The notes beneath the pieces were generated by a model. It saw only the letters and a program-made list of their open reading frames with translations, had not been told where the DNA came from and searched no databases. Both the position numbers and the translations under genes were made by a program. From Enterococcus phage vB_EfaP_Efmus3, in the sequence record NC_049936.1: 18,286 bases of DNA, one strand, 5' to 3'. Positions 7,525 through 15,372 of this stretch are shown piece after piece (position 1 is the first letter of the stretch; each line of letters begins with the position of its first letter).

Positions 7525-8935
7525 CTACAAAACTTATACAACTGAACAGTATCAAGCATTTCTAAGTCAACCATTCGGATATGACTTCGGTGTTAGCGAT
7601 GAAACAATTGCACAGTGGTTTATGATTCAGCCGGGAGCTAGACCTGTTATAAATTCATACGGTGTAACAAAAGCAAATTTACTTTCTGATTATATCCCAA
7701 AATTGAAACAAGAGTTTGGTGGTTCGTTAGTATTTCTAATGACCACCGTTTCCGAAGGTGGTGGAGCTGGTAACTGGGTAAACCATTACATGAGTGATAC
7801 AAGTAATACTGGTATGGGGTGTATGATAGATGATATTGCTTATATAAAAACAACATTTGACCGACATTTTCCTCCTGCAATTAGTGCACCAGAAGTTGGT
7901 GGAGCCTACACAGAAGATGAGGATGGTTTGACTATGAAAGTGTATAATGCTGTCCCTGATGGTTCTATAGGGTCTTACTTCATACCGTCTACAATGGCTG
8001 GTAATGCGTGGATTTTTGGATCACAATGGTGTTTAGCTAATCAAGGAGCCGCTCCTCCAGCTGTATATTTTGGTAATCCATACGATCAATTAATTGATAT
8101 TATAAAATCTTTTGGAGCTGATCCTTTTGAAGAAGGGAGTACGGCAAAACCTAACCCAGATACACCGAAAGGAGACCCTAACGAGTCAGGAAATAAACCA
8201 AAACCAAAACCAGACATTCAGAAAGCTATTGATAAAATACTAGATGAAATAAATAAAGCTTTAGATAATCAAACAATACAAGGAAGCCCATTACTAAGTT
8301 ATAATGACGACTTGACAATAGAAAGAACTTTTAACAATAGTTACAAGATTAGTTACACATCTTCATTTAAGAAGAAGTTATCTGATATGTTGAATGCTAG
8401 CGACTTGGGTTTAATTACTGATGATGGAGCTCAAACGAATCCTCCGAAAGAAGATCCAAAACCCCCAAGCATTGATGCTGGTAAAGAGTCAAAAACAATG
8501 AAAAAAATATATGACTGGTGTAATGAAAATCAAGGTCAAGCATTCGACACTGATGGCTATTATGGGGCTCAATGTGTTGATTTAATTAGCTGGATAAATA
8601 CGAAAGTTTTTGGTTTAGGTTTAGATACATCGGGAGATTATGCTAAGAACATTTGGAATAACCCAGTGCCAGCTGGTTGGTATAAAGTAAATGGTAACCC
8701 TAACGATGATAATGCCTCTCGTGAGATATGGAACACACTACCTAATGGTGCTATCGTTTGGTGGACCAATTCAGGAGCGGGACACGTTGGAATTAAAGCT
8801 GGCGATTTTGCAACAACCTTACAACAAAATTGGACTTCTCACGGTTTAGGAGGTCCGATCGTTTTAGCGGATTGTGCCAGCTGGATGGCAGCATCAAATA
8901 GCGGTTTTTTAGGTGCTTGGGTTACAGATAATTAA
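7517..8935 (+). CDS. Virion-associated peptidoglycan hydrolase (tail lysin) with C-terminal CHAP domain (472 aa)
   Basis: C-terminal YDWCNENQGQAFDTDGYYGAQCVDLISWIN…GHVGI is a CHAP Cys/His signature. N-terminal domain is unknown but looks lysozyme-like. Central Pro/Lys linker KPNPDTPKGDPNESGNKPKPKPD. ATG 7517 follows SD AAAGGGTG. Confidence 0.8.
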   Translation: MPSYKTYTTEQYQAFLSQPFGYDFGVSDETIAQWFMIQPGARPVINSYGVTKANLLSDYIPKLKQEFGGSLVFLMTTVSEGGGAGNWVNHYMSDTSNTGMGCMIDDIAYIKTTFDRHFPPAISAPEVGGAYTEDEDGLTMKVYNAVPDGSIGSYFIPSTMAGNAWIFGSQWCLANQGAAPPAVYFGNPYDQLIDIIKSFGADPFEEGSTAKPNPDTPKGDPNESGNKPKPKPDIQKAIDKILDEINKALDNQTIQGSPLLSYNDDLTIERTFNNSYKISYTSSFKKKLSDMLNASDLGLITDDGAQTNPPKEDPKPPSIDAGKESKTMKKIYDWCNENQGQAFDTDGYYGAQCVDLISWINTKVFGLGLDTSGDYAKNIWNNPVPAGWYKVNGNPNDDNASREIWNTLPNGAIVWWTNSGAGHVGIKAGDFATTLQQNWTSHGLGGPIVLADCASWMAASNSGFLGAWVTDN

Positions 8936-8962
8936 AATACAATTAGAAAATAAATTGGTACA

Positions 8963-8988
8963 CCTCTCCCCCACCGGTAGGGGGGAGG
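8963..8988 (+). other. GC-rich RNA hairpin CCUCUCCCC-[loop]-GGGGGGAGG (9-bp stem incl. one G-U, centred on ACCGGT)
   Basis: About 80% GC in a ~33% GC genome, read directly. No clean U-tract follows, so it may act as a terminator, attenuator or RNA-processing site between the tail lysin and the next gene. Confidence 0.4.
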
Positions 8989-9053
8989 CTTAAGCCTTGA
9001 TAATTCTAGGTTCTTATATGAGAGAAAAATGTGGTATAGGAGGAATAAATAAC

Positions 9054-9386
9054 ATGGAAAATATTGTTAATCGTTGCGGATATTGCGGAAAGACTTTTGG
9101 AACAGTTGATAATCTTAAGGTACATCAATTTTGTTGTTATGAAGGTCTAAAATATGAAAGTTTAAAACCAGACAATATCAAACCGAACCATTACAATAAA
9201 GGACAGAAAGACTTAATAGAAATGTGGTATCAAACAATGCCCTTAGAACAATTTAGAGGAGCTATGAAATCAAACATCATTAAATACACAATGAGGTATG
9301 AAAACAAAAACCAATTAGAGGATTTAAATAAAGCTTTAGAGTATTTAAAACGTTTAAAAGAATATGAAGAAAAAACCCTAGGTTAA
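9054..9386 (+). CDS. Zn-ribbon (CxxC…HxxCC) protein with C-terminal DUF3310-like domain (110 aa)
   Basis: RCGYCGKTFG…HQFCC, then KPNHY…DLIE…EQFRG…NIIKYTMRY…KN…EDLNKALEYLKRLKE. From memory this fits the DUF3310 pattern P-HY…IE…F..GN.IKY..R…K…DL.KA..YL. ATG 9054 follows SD TAGGAGG; the track start 8997 has no SD. Confidence 0.6.
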   Translation: MENIVNRCGYCGKTFGTVDNLKVHQFCCYEGLKYESLKPDNIKPNHYNKGQKDLIEMWYQTMPLEQFRGAMKSNIIKYTMRYENKNQLEDLNKALEYLKRLKEYEEKTLG

Positions 9387-9400
9387 TCCTAGGGCTTCTT
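9375..9400. terminator. Bidirectional intrinsic terminator at the convergence point: A-tract, CCCTAGG-TTAAT-CCTAGGG, then CTTCTTTTT
   Basis: 7-bp stem, 5-nt loop, with an A-run upstream and a T-run downstream, so it works on both strands. Lies between the stops of the 9054..9386(+) and 9402..10178(-) genes. Confidence 0.6.
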
Positions 9401-9401
9401 T

Positions 9402-10178
9402 TTATACTTTAACTTCCGTATAAGCTTTCTCAATCATTTTTAAACCAAAGTTATCATGATTGTAAACAGTTTGGTTCGTTGATCCTCCGTAACGTTTAAT
9501 TAATGCGTTAGCTTCATTTACATAAGTCATTGTTGGTAGATACATGCGTTTATCTCCGCACACAAACCATTGTTCAGTATTTCCATTCTTTTGTTTTTTC
9601 ATATAAATAAACATTTTATCATCCTCTTTCTGTGGTTTTGGTAATGGTGGTTTTGGTGGTTCTGGTTGTTTTCCGTTGGCAGCATCTTGAGCCATTCTCA
9701 CAAGTTTGTCTACGTTGATACCTCCGGGGCATGCTGTTGCAGTGACTTCATTGTGAGCTTTAATAGTGTTTCTATTAATAGGTAATCCGTAACGTTGGCA
9801 AATGTCAGCAATTAATTTGGCACTATTTCTAAGTGTTGCATCGCTAACACCCCATGAGGGGGCTCCTGATCTGTTAACGTGTTCTAATCCAATAGAACGA
9901 TGATTTACATTAGGAATAGTTGGAACGTCACTACCTCCTGTTCCACCAGCGTGATAAGCGGTATAGTTTTCGCCAACACAACCGATAATTTCATTATCTG
10001 TAATTTCATAGTGAGCTGAAGTCCAATTTCCTGTAGTTGTATACCACGTTGACATCGCAACATCTTTATTAGTTGTGGCGTTGTGATGTATAACAATAAA
10101 CTCAATTCTACCTTGTCTAGGTTCACAATACATAGCGTTAGGGTTCACGCTAGTTGTTAATTTTGAATAAGTTTCCAT
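9402..10178 (-). CDS. Endolysin: N-acetylmuramoyl-L-alanine amidase (Amidase_2/PGRP) + Pro-rich linker + unknown ~65-aa C-terminal wall-binding domain
   Basis: Amidase_2 is supported by FIVIHHNAT…SAHYEITDNEIIGCVGENYTAYHAGG…HRSIGLEHV…ACPG. Linker KQPEPPKPPLPKPQ. TAAATG junction with the holin gene and SD AAAGGAGGTG. Confidence 0.9.
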   Translation of the reverse strand: METYSKLTTSVNPNAMYCEPRQGRIEFIVIHHNATTNKDVAMSTWYTTTGNWTSAHYEITDNEIIGCVGENYTAYHAGGTGGSDVPTIPNVNHRSIGLEHVNRSGAPSWGVSDATLRNSAKLIADICQRYGLPINRNTIKAHNEVTATACPGGINVDKLVRMAQDAANGKQPEPPKPPLPKPQKEDDKMFIYMKKQKNGNTEQWFVCGDKRMYLPTMTYVNEANALIKRYGGSTNQTVYNHDNFGLKMIEKAYTEVKV

Positions 10179-10571
10179 TTATTCACCTCCTTTCGGGTTG
10201 TTATCGTAATCATTTTGGACCTTTTCTAAAGCTGATTTTAACCACTTAGGTAAAGTAACACCCATCTCTGTGAGGTTTTCAAAAATTGAAATGCCGTAAG
10301 TAGCCCCGAAAAAGAATAATAAACTATAACCTAAAAAGTCAACTCCTCCTAAGTGACAAAAAATACTTGTCACAACAATCGTTGCAAATACCGACATGTG
10401 TTTCATCATACCAGCTAGACCAATAGTAGAGTTAGCTTTCTTCGTTACAAATGCTTTTGTATAACCAGTAAACATATCTCCTAAAATTAAGGTGCTGATT
10501 ACTAAAAACCAATAATCATGAGCTAAAAAGTTAATAGCATCTAGTAAAGTAATAAATGTAATTTGTTGCAT
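10179..10571 (-). CDS. Holin (130 aa, 3-4 TM segments, charged C-terminus)
   Basis: Hydrophobic helices and a hydrophilic C-terminal tail (KVQNDYDNNPKGGE). Directly upstream of the endolysin, and TAATG-coupled to the tail-knob gene. Confidence 0.75.
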   Translation of the reverse strand: MQQITFITLLDAINFLAHDYWFLVISTLILGDMFTGYTKAFVTKKANSTIGLAGMMKHMSVFATIVVTSIFCHLGGVDFLGYSLLFFFGATYGISIFENLTEMGVTLPKWLKSALEKVQNDYDNNPKGGE

Positions 10572-12325
10572 TAAACGTTTCTCCTTTTGTTTTCTAGTGG
10601 GTTTTGTGTAAATGGGTTCTGTTTATTGTTAAAATGCCAAAAACGAACACCAGCCATTAATAAAGCTTTTAATTGTTCCATGTATTGCGTAGGGATACCG
10701 TTAATTTTAAACTGACCATCAATTTGTAAATAGTTACAGATCGTCATTGAGTGAATATCCTCTACAACCCCTTTTTCATTAAATTCAAACCCCATCATAC
10801 TGTAATATTTTCTTATTTTTTCAACTTCTGCTTCACTAGGGGCCGAAAACTTGACGGTAAAACCAAAAATATCGTTTTTAATATTAAAGGCTTGACCTCC
10901 GTTACTTGTTGTTAAACTTGGTGAGCTTAGAGCTAAGTCAGCAAATTCAGCGCGTTGTTTGCGGTAGTATTCCGTATCACTGGCAATTTTACTACCAATG
11001 TTAGTTAGTGATAAACCACCACCCATAAGCGAATAAGCATCAGTGAATATATTAGTAGCTTTTTCTAATATAGATTGGTTAGGGTCTGCTAAGTTCTTGC
11101 CAATGTTTTTGACACGACCTGTAGTCGTTTGTGAGTTGTTATAGGCTATTGTATTAGCGTTGTTAGCAAGTGATAATTTATAATTGTCAATTAACAATGG
11201 AACTTGTGTGAAGTTGTTATAAGTTAATGAATTATTTAAGAATGTTCCAGTTGGAACACCTCTTTCTTCTTCACTGCTAGCTTGCCAATATCTTACAAAA
11301 ATCCTCATTTCATTATGAAAACCAATCGATTGGCGCATTCCAAATTGAAGCCCCGCATCTGGTATTTGTGCTAAGTCTAAGTTTAAAGATTCACCCGCCC
11401 AGTTATAAACCTCACAGGTGTAATATCCGGCTCTAAAAATGTGTTCTTCATTAGATGGAACTTTCAAAACATACATCAAATCTGATTTTCTGGTGTTCAT
11501 AGAAATTAAATTCCCCTCCATCGACAAGCCACCGTCTGGCAGTTGATAAAGAGTGTCAAAATCTTCGTTGTTTAGTTTTACTTTTAACAATTTAGTTAAG
11601 TCAATCATTTCTTTAGGTAATAAAGTAATATCACTAATGTTTTGACCAATCCATGGATAATCTCTCAAAGCAATAGAAAATTTTTGGAAGTTTTTAGATT
11701 CTACCATATACAAACCTACGGGGCTGACAATTTTATCATATGAACCTCCTTTTGGTAATTTAATAATTGGTTTTTCTAAACTACCAAAGTCAGCCGATAA
11801 GTCAACACTAGAACGAATAAGAACAACCAAATCTTTAAATTTATAGTTTTTTTGATATACATACTGTTTAGATGTTGCTTGCAAAATATCACTATTTGTT
11901 TTAATTTCTATTAAACGTCTTTGATACATATTTTCTGGTAAATGTTGACGGTTAACCGTAACATTCGAAATACCAGTTAATACTTTTCCTTGTGTAAAGG
12001 TCATTAAAACGTCAACAACAACTTGAAACATTGTTACTTTTTCATTTGCATATTGAGTGGTCATTACATAGAAATAGTAGTCTTTTCCAGTGAAACCATC
12101 TTTAAAGTGGCCGTAATTGATACCGTCACAATCCTCATAAGGAATAGGCAAACGCAAAGTAAGCCTATCCTTTACAAGATTGAAATCACCTTCAAAAGAT
12201 ACTTTTTTAAAACCACTCGTGATAAAGAAATAACGTTCTCTTTCTTCGGTTGTGTCAAAGTGAATCGTTTCATTTAACGTTGTCATTGGTGTGTCGTAAA
12301 ATAAAGTAATCTTTGAAAGTTTCAT
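10571..12325 (-). CDS. Tail knob (distal tail) protein, phi29 gp9-like (584 aa)
   Basis: The N-terminal motifs (HFDTTEERERYFF; YGHF…KDYYFYVMTTQYANEKVTMFQVVVDVLMTF) resemble the phi29 gp9 N-terminus as I recall it. Size is within ~15 aa of gp9 (599 aa). Confidence 0.65.
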   Translation of the reverse strand: MKLSKITLFYDTPMTTLNETIHFDTTEERERYFFITSGFKKVSFEGDFNLVKDRLTLRLPIPYEDCDGINYGHFKDGFTGKDYYFYVMTTQYANEKVTMFQVVVDVLMTFTQGKVLTGISNVTVNRQHLPENMYQRRLIEIKTNSDILQATSKQYVYQKNYKFKDLVVLIRSSVDLSADFGSLEKPIIKLPKGGSYDKIVSPVGLYMVESKNFQKFSIALRDYPWIGQNISDITLLPKEMIDLTKLLKVKLNNEDFDTLYQLPDGGLSMEGNLISMNTRKSDLMYVLKVPSNEEHIFRAGYYTCEVYNWAGESLNLDLAQIPDAGLQFGMRQSIGFHNEMRIFVRYWQASSEEERGVPTGTFLNNSLTYNNFTQVPLLIDNYKLSLANNANTIAYNNSQTTTGRVKNIGKNLADPNQSILEKATNIFTDAYSLMGGGLSLTNIGSKIASDTEYYRKQRAEFADLALSSPSLTTSNGGQAFNIKNDIFGFTVKFSAPSEAEVEKIRKYYSMMGFEFNEKGVVEDIHSMTICNYLQIDGQFKINGIPTQYMEQLKALLMAGVRFWHFNNKQNPFTQNPLENKRRNV

Positions 12326-12326
12326 A

Positions 12327-13115
12327 TTAGAAAATCCCCTCTATCCATTTAATTTTTACACCTGCATCGTTATTAATAGCAGTCCAACCGCTTTCACCAC
12401 CTGTAACACTCTTACACGCGGTAAACGTTAGTTTGGTGTGCGTACTATCACCTGTGAAACGACATTCACCCATCGTTATTGTTTTATCTGATGGATCGTT
12501 TACTAAGTTAGACCATTGAAAAGTTGGGTTGTCTACAGATTCAACAAGCTTTACCTCGTTTGTATAATCTGATGCGATTCCGAATTTTAGTTGTCTAAAC
12601 CGTCTAGTTGATACTTTTAAAGGAATAACATCACCAACAGCAAAAGTACCCTCAGCAATTTTTGTTGTTTGGTCAATTCGTTTCCACTCTTTAGAGTTAT
12701 TATTCCCTCCACCACCTTTAGCGGATGAATGAATATAGTAAATAGAACCGTTGTTCGTTTCAACTAAGAAATATGTTTTGCGATTGGCGTGCTCACCTGT
12801 AACATATAACTCGCATAGATATCCGTAATCTGTAAAAATATCTGGTAGTGGAACGTCACGCCAACCACCATTACCACCAAACACAGTAGCATATTTTCCG
12901 AATGGTACATCCCAAAATGATGGGTATTTTACATCCAAATAGTTATCTTTTAATAAATGCCCTCTAGCTTGTTGTAAGTCTGTGGGGGCTATAAAACCCG
13001 GAGTCATTTCTGTTGCTAAAGCATGGTTTTGATTTTCGTCTCCATCATTATGACTAGCCCATTGTTCTAATAACCACTCAACCGCTTCAGGTGTTTTCAT
13101 ATCTTTTAAATCCAT
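12327..13115 (-). CDS. Structural protein of unknown role (262 aa); candidate receptor-binding or head-fibre protein
   Basis: SD TAGGAGGAG. Lies between tail protein genes. Has a Gly-rich loop GGGGNNNSKEWK. No domain recognised. Confidence 0.45.
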   Translation of the reverse strand: MDLKDMKTPEAVEWLLEQWASHNDGDENQNHALATEMTPGFIAPTDLQQARGHLLKDNYLDVKYPSFWDVPFGKYATVFGGNGGWRDVPLPDIFTDYGYLCELYVTGEHANRKTYFLVETNNGSIYYIHSSAKGGGGNNNSKEWKRIDQTTKIAEGTFAVGDVIPLKVSTRRFRQLKFGIASDYTNEVKLVESVDNPTFQWSNLVNDPSDKTITMGECRFTGDSTHTKLTFTACKSVTGGESGWTAINNDAGVKIKWIEGIF

Positions 13116-13126
13116 TTTATCTCCTC

Positions 13127-14692
13127 CTAGTAAGTATAATTAACAAAGTCAGTTCCGTTACCAACACCACGACAAATTACTTTTCTAGCAGTTGTATCTA
13201 CTTCAACCCCGTAGAAACTTCCTTCTTTATCAGTACCTTTTTGCCATGGGTCTTTTTTACCAAAAGCATTAATGAAAGCAATCATTTTATATTTGCGTGT
13301 TTCAGTAATTGCATAATCAATTTCAGAATGAACGTGACCTACAAATACACCAACCATATTTCCTGTACCGCGTGTTGCATTGTTAAACTTGATTTCTGGA
13401 TTATTTGTATTGTCAAGACCAACTAAAGTATTTGCTTGGATAGTGTAGTCTGTCCCATCTATAAAAGCATTTAGTGCTTCCTCTACGTTAATCCCGTTTA
13501 GCATTGTTCCTAAACCAGTTTCAGCTGTGATAGGTCTGTGAGCTAACAAGATGAAATGTTCATCAGATTTAATAGTGTTCATGAATTGACTTAATGCTAG
13601 CAATTGAGCACTTGAAATAGCTCCTCCTTGATAAATATGGTCTGTTTCTTTAAAACTACCGTCAGCGTTCGTTTGCTCACTGAAATCATCTGTGTATAAG
13701 TAGAACATAGCGATTTTTTTATCAGGGAATCGAATACCACCGTATAATTTAGAGCCCATTGTTTTCTCAATTTCTGCCTTACTTAAAACCATTTGGCTAC
13801 CATGTCCCGGGGTCCAGTTATATGGTACCCCTCCTTTGTCATGGTTACCGACAACCCCGATCTTAGGAGTTTTACCATATCTTAAAGCAGTATTTGCAAA
13901 ACGTAACATATTCTTTTGAGCTGAATACTTAACATCAGAAGGGAGTTGAGTGTCTAAACCATCACCAATTGAACCACTATTGCTGTCTACGTTATCCCCG
14001 TTGTGTACTGCTACATCGCAAACATTTTCTAATCGTTTGAATTGTTTAAGTACTCGGAAATTGTTATACTTTTGAACAAAGTTGTTTTCTGGGTATAAAT
14101 GTAGATCTGTAATTAACGCTAGGTTAAACTTAGCAGGGTCTACACTGTTAATTGCTACATTAATGTTTCGATATTCTACTGGAACTTTACTTGTAATTTG
14201 TTCTGTGTCAACGTCAACTGTTACAATAGTACCGTCTGGGTCTATATTGTCAACACGATCGTTTAAGTCGGCTATTTTCCTATCTAACTCTTTCATAACT
14301 GCTTCTAAGTCTTTTGAATACAATCCGTCAGGTAAAGCCTTGATTGCGTTTGTAAGCTCTCTTACCTGTGGCTGACGACCCATAGAAAGTAGTTGAGTAT
14401 ATTCTATGTTAGAACTTAATAAAACATCTGCTTTTAACTTAATCACCTGTTCAATGTTGTCTTCAGGGTTTAAACCATGTTTCCACTCTCCAAGTTTTGT
14501 TAAATCAACTGTGTTTGTATCCTCAACTTCAAGTTCTCGCTTGTCAAGTTTTTCTAACAATTTGACAAAATTATCTAATTGTTCGTTTAAACTAGCTAGG
14601 TATTTATAGTAAGATTCGCTGTTGGTGTTAAAATCACCGTGTTGGTATCTTGGATAAATACCGCTAGAATGTGGGAAATTTGTAAAATGCAT
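13127..14692 (-). CDS. Tail fibre/appendage-like protein with N-terminal coiled coil and C-terminal calcineurin-like metallophosphoesterase domain (521 aa)
   Basis: All five phosphoesterase motifs are present in order: ITDLH, HNGDNVD, VGNHD, LAHRP, VGHVH. Start placed at ATG 14692 (SD AAAGGAGAG); the track's TTG at 14728 is rejected. Confidence 0.7.
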   Translation of the reverse strand: MHFTNFPHSSGIYPRYQHGDFNTNSESYYKYLASLNEQLDNFVKLLEKLDKRELEVEDTNTVDLTKLGEWKHGLNPEDNIEQVIKLKADVLLSSNIEYTQLLSMGRQPQVRELTNAIKALPDGLYSKDLEAVMKELDRKIADLNDRVDNIDPDGTIVTVDVDTEQITSKVPVEYRNINVAINSVDPAKFNLALITDLHLYPENNFVQKYNNFRVLKQFKRLENVCDVAVHNGDNVDSNSGSIGDGLDTQLPSDVKYSAQKNMLRFANTALRYGKTPKIGVVGNHDKGGVPYNWTPGHGSQMVLSKAEIEKTMGSKLYGGIRFPDKKIAMFYLYTDDFSEQTNADGSFKETDHIYQGGAISSAQLLALSQFMNTIKSDEHFILLAHRPITAETGLGTMLNGINVEEALNAFIDGTDYTIQANTLVGLDNTNNPEIKFNNATRGTGNMVGVFVGHVHSEIDYAITETRKYKMIAFINAFGKKDPWQKGTDKEGSFYGVEVDTTARKVICRGVGNGTDFVNYTY

Positions 14693-14706
14693 ATTTTTTC
14701 TCTCCT

Positions 14707-15372
14707 TTACCATATTTGTAAGAAACAACGTCTATCATATTCTTTTAAATATCTATCCCATGCTCCTGAAAAAGCTTTTAAAGCTCCGGTGTCATAACTT
14801 TTACTGTTAGTGATTGTTGTTTGTTCATTGTTATTTGTTGACTTGTCTAAAGACTTAGCAATGTTGTTTTCGTCACCATAATCCATTTCAAAAGAATTTA
14901 AGTCTAGATTAATTTTATCTTGAGGTAAGGTGCTTCTTAAATCTCTATTTTCTGATAAACTTTCGTTACTTCCTAGACCTTTAGTGGTAGATTCTGTTTC
15001 GTTATTGTGAATGATGAAGTTTTCGTAATTCTTATAGAGTATCTCTATTTCTTGTTCGTATGATAATGAAGTGTAAACAACTTGAGATGCGAAGTCTTCA
15101 ACAGTTTGTCTACCAATCTGCCTGTTTAAAAACTTATTGATAAACATTTTCTTAATGAATTTGTCAACTTCTGGAGTTGGAAAAGTGTAACCTGCAAAGA
15201 ACACATCTGTAGTGATTTTTTCTACATCTTCATCATATCGCATTGCTTTTTGAATGAATCGGAATTTGTTGTTATCTCCTGTATACTCGCCGTTGTTGAA
15301 AAACTCATTCTTCCCCTGTTTCAAGAGTTCCGTTTGTAGGATATCCATTAGGGAGATTGTTATTAGACCCAT
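14707..15372 (-). CDS. Lower collar-like protein (221 aa)
   Basis: Sits between the portal and tail genes. ATG 15372 is preceded by AGGTGGTGA; the track start at 15387 is a GTG. Overlaps the portal 3' end by 68 nt. Confidence 0.4.
   Translation of the reverse strand: MGLITISLMDILQTELLKQGKNEFFNNGEYTGDNNKFRFIQKAMRYDEDVEKITTDVFFAGYTFPTPEVDKFIKKMFINKFLNRQIGRQTVEDFASQVVYTSLSYEQEIEILYKNYENFIIHNNETESTTKGLGSNESLSENRDLRSTLPQDKINLDLNSFEMDYGDENNIAKSLDKSTNNNEQTTITNSKSYDTGALKAFSGAWDRYLKEYDRRCFLQIW

Noticed and set aside
7647-7880. 77-aa minus-strand ORF
   Set aside because: Antisense within the tail lysin gene.
8997-9053. N-terminal extension of the Zn-ribbon/DUF3310 ORF from 8997, and a possible promoter TTGATA(8997-9002)…TGgTATAGG
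   Set aside because: No SD before 8997, whereas TAGGAGG precedes ATG 9054. The TTGATA element lacks a correctly spaced -10. The extended-10-like TGgTATAGG overlaps the SD itself, so a transcript from it would lack the RBS.
9905-10126. 73-aa minus-strand ORF in another frame
   Set aside because: Nested out-of-frame inside the endolysin Amidase_2 domain.
12023-14609. Plus-strand ORFs 12023-12277, 13091-13426, 14082-14375, 14406-14609
   Set aside because: All lie antisense within minus-strand structural genes that have SDs and translational coupling. None has an SD, and their translations are Ser/Ile/Phe-rich shadow products.
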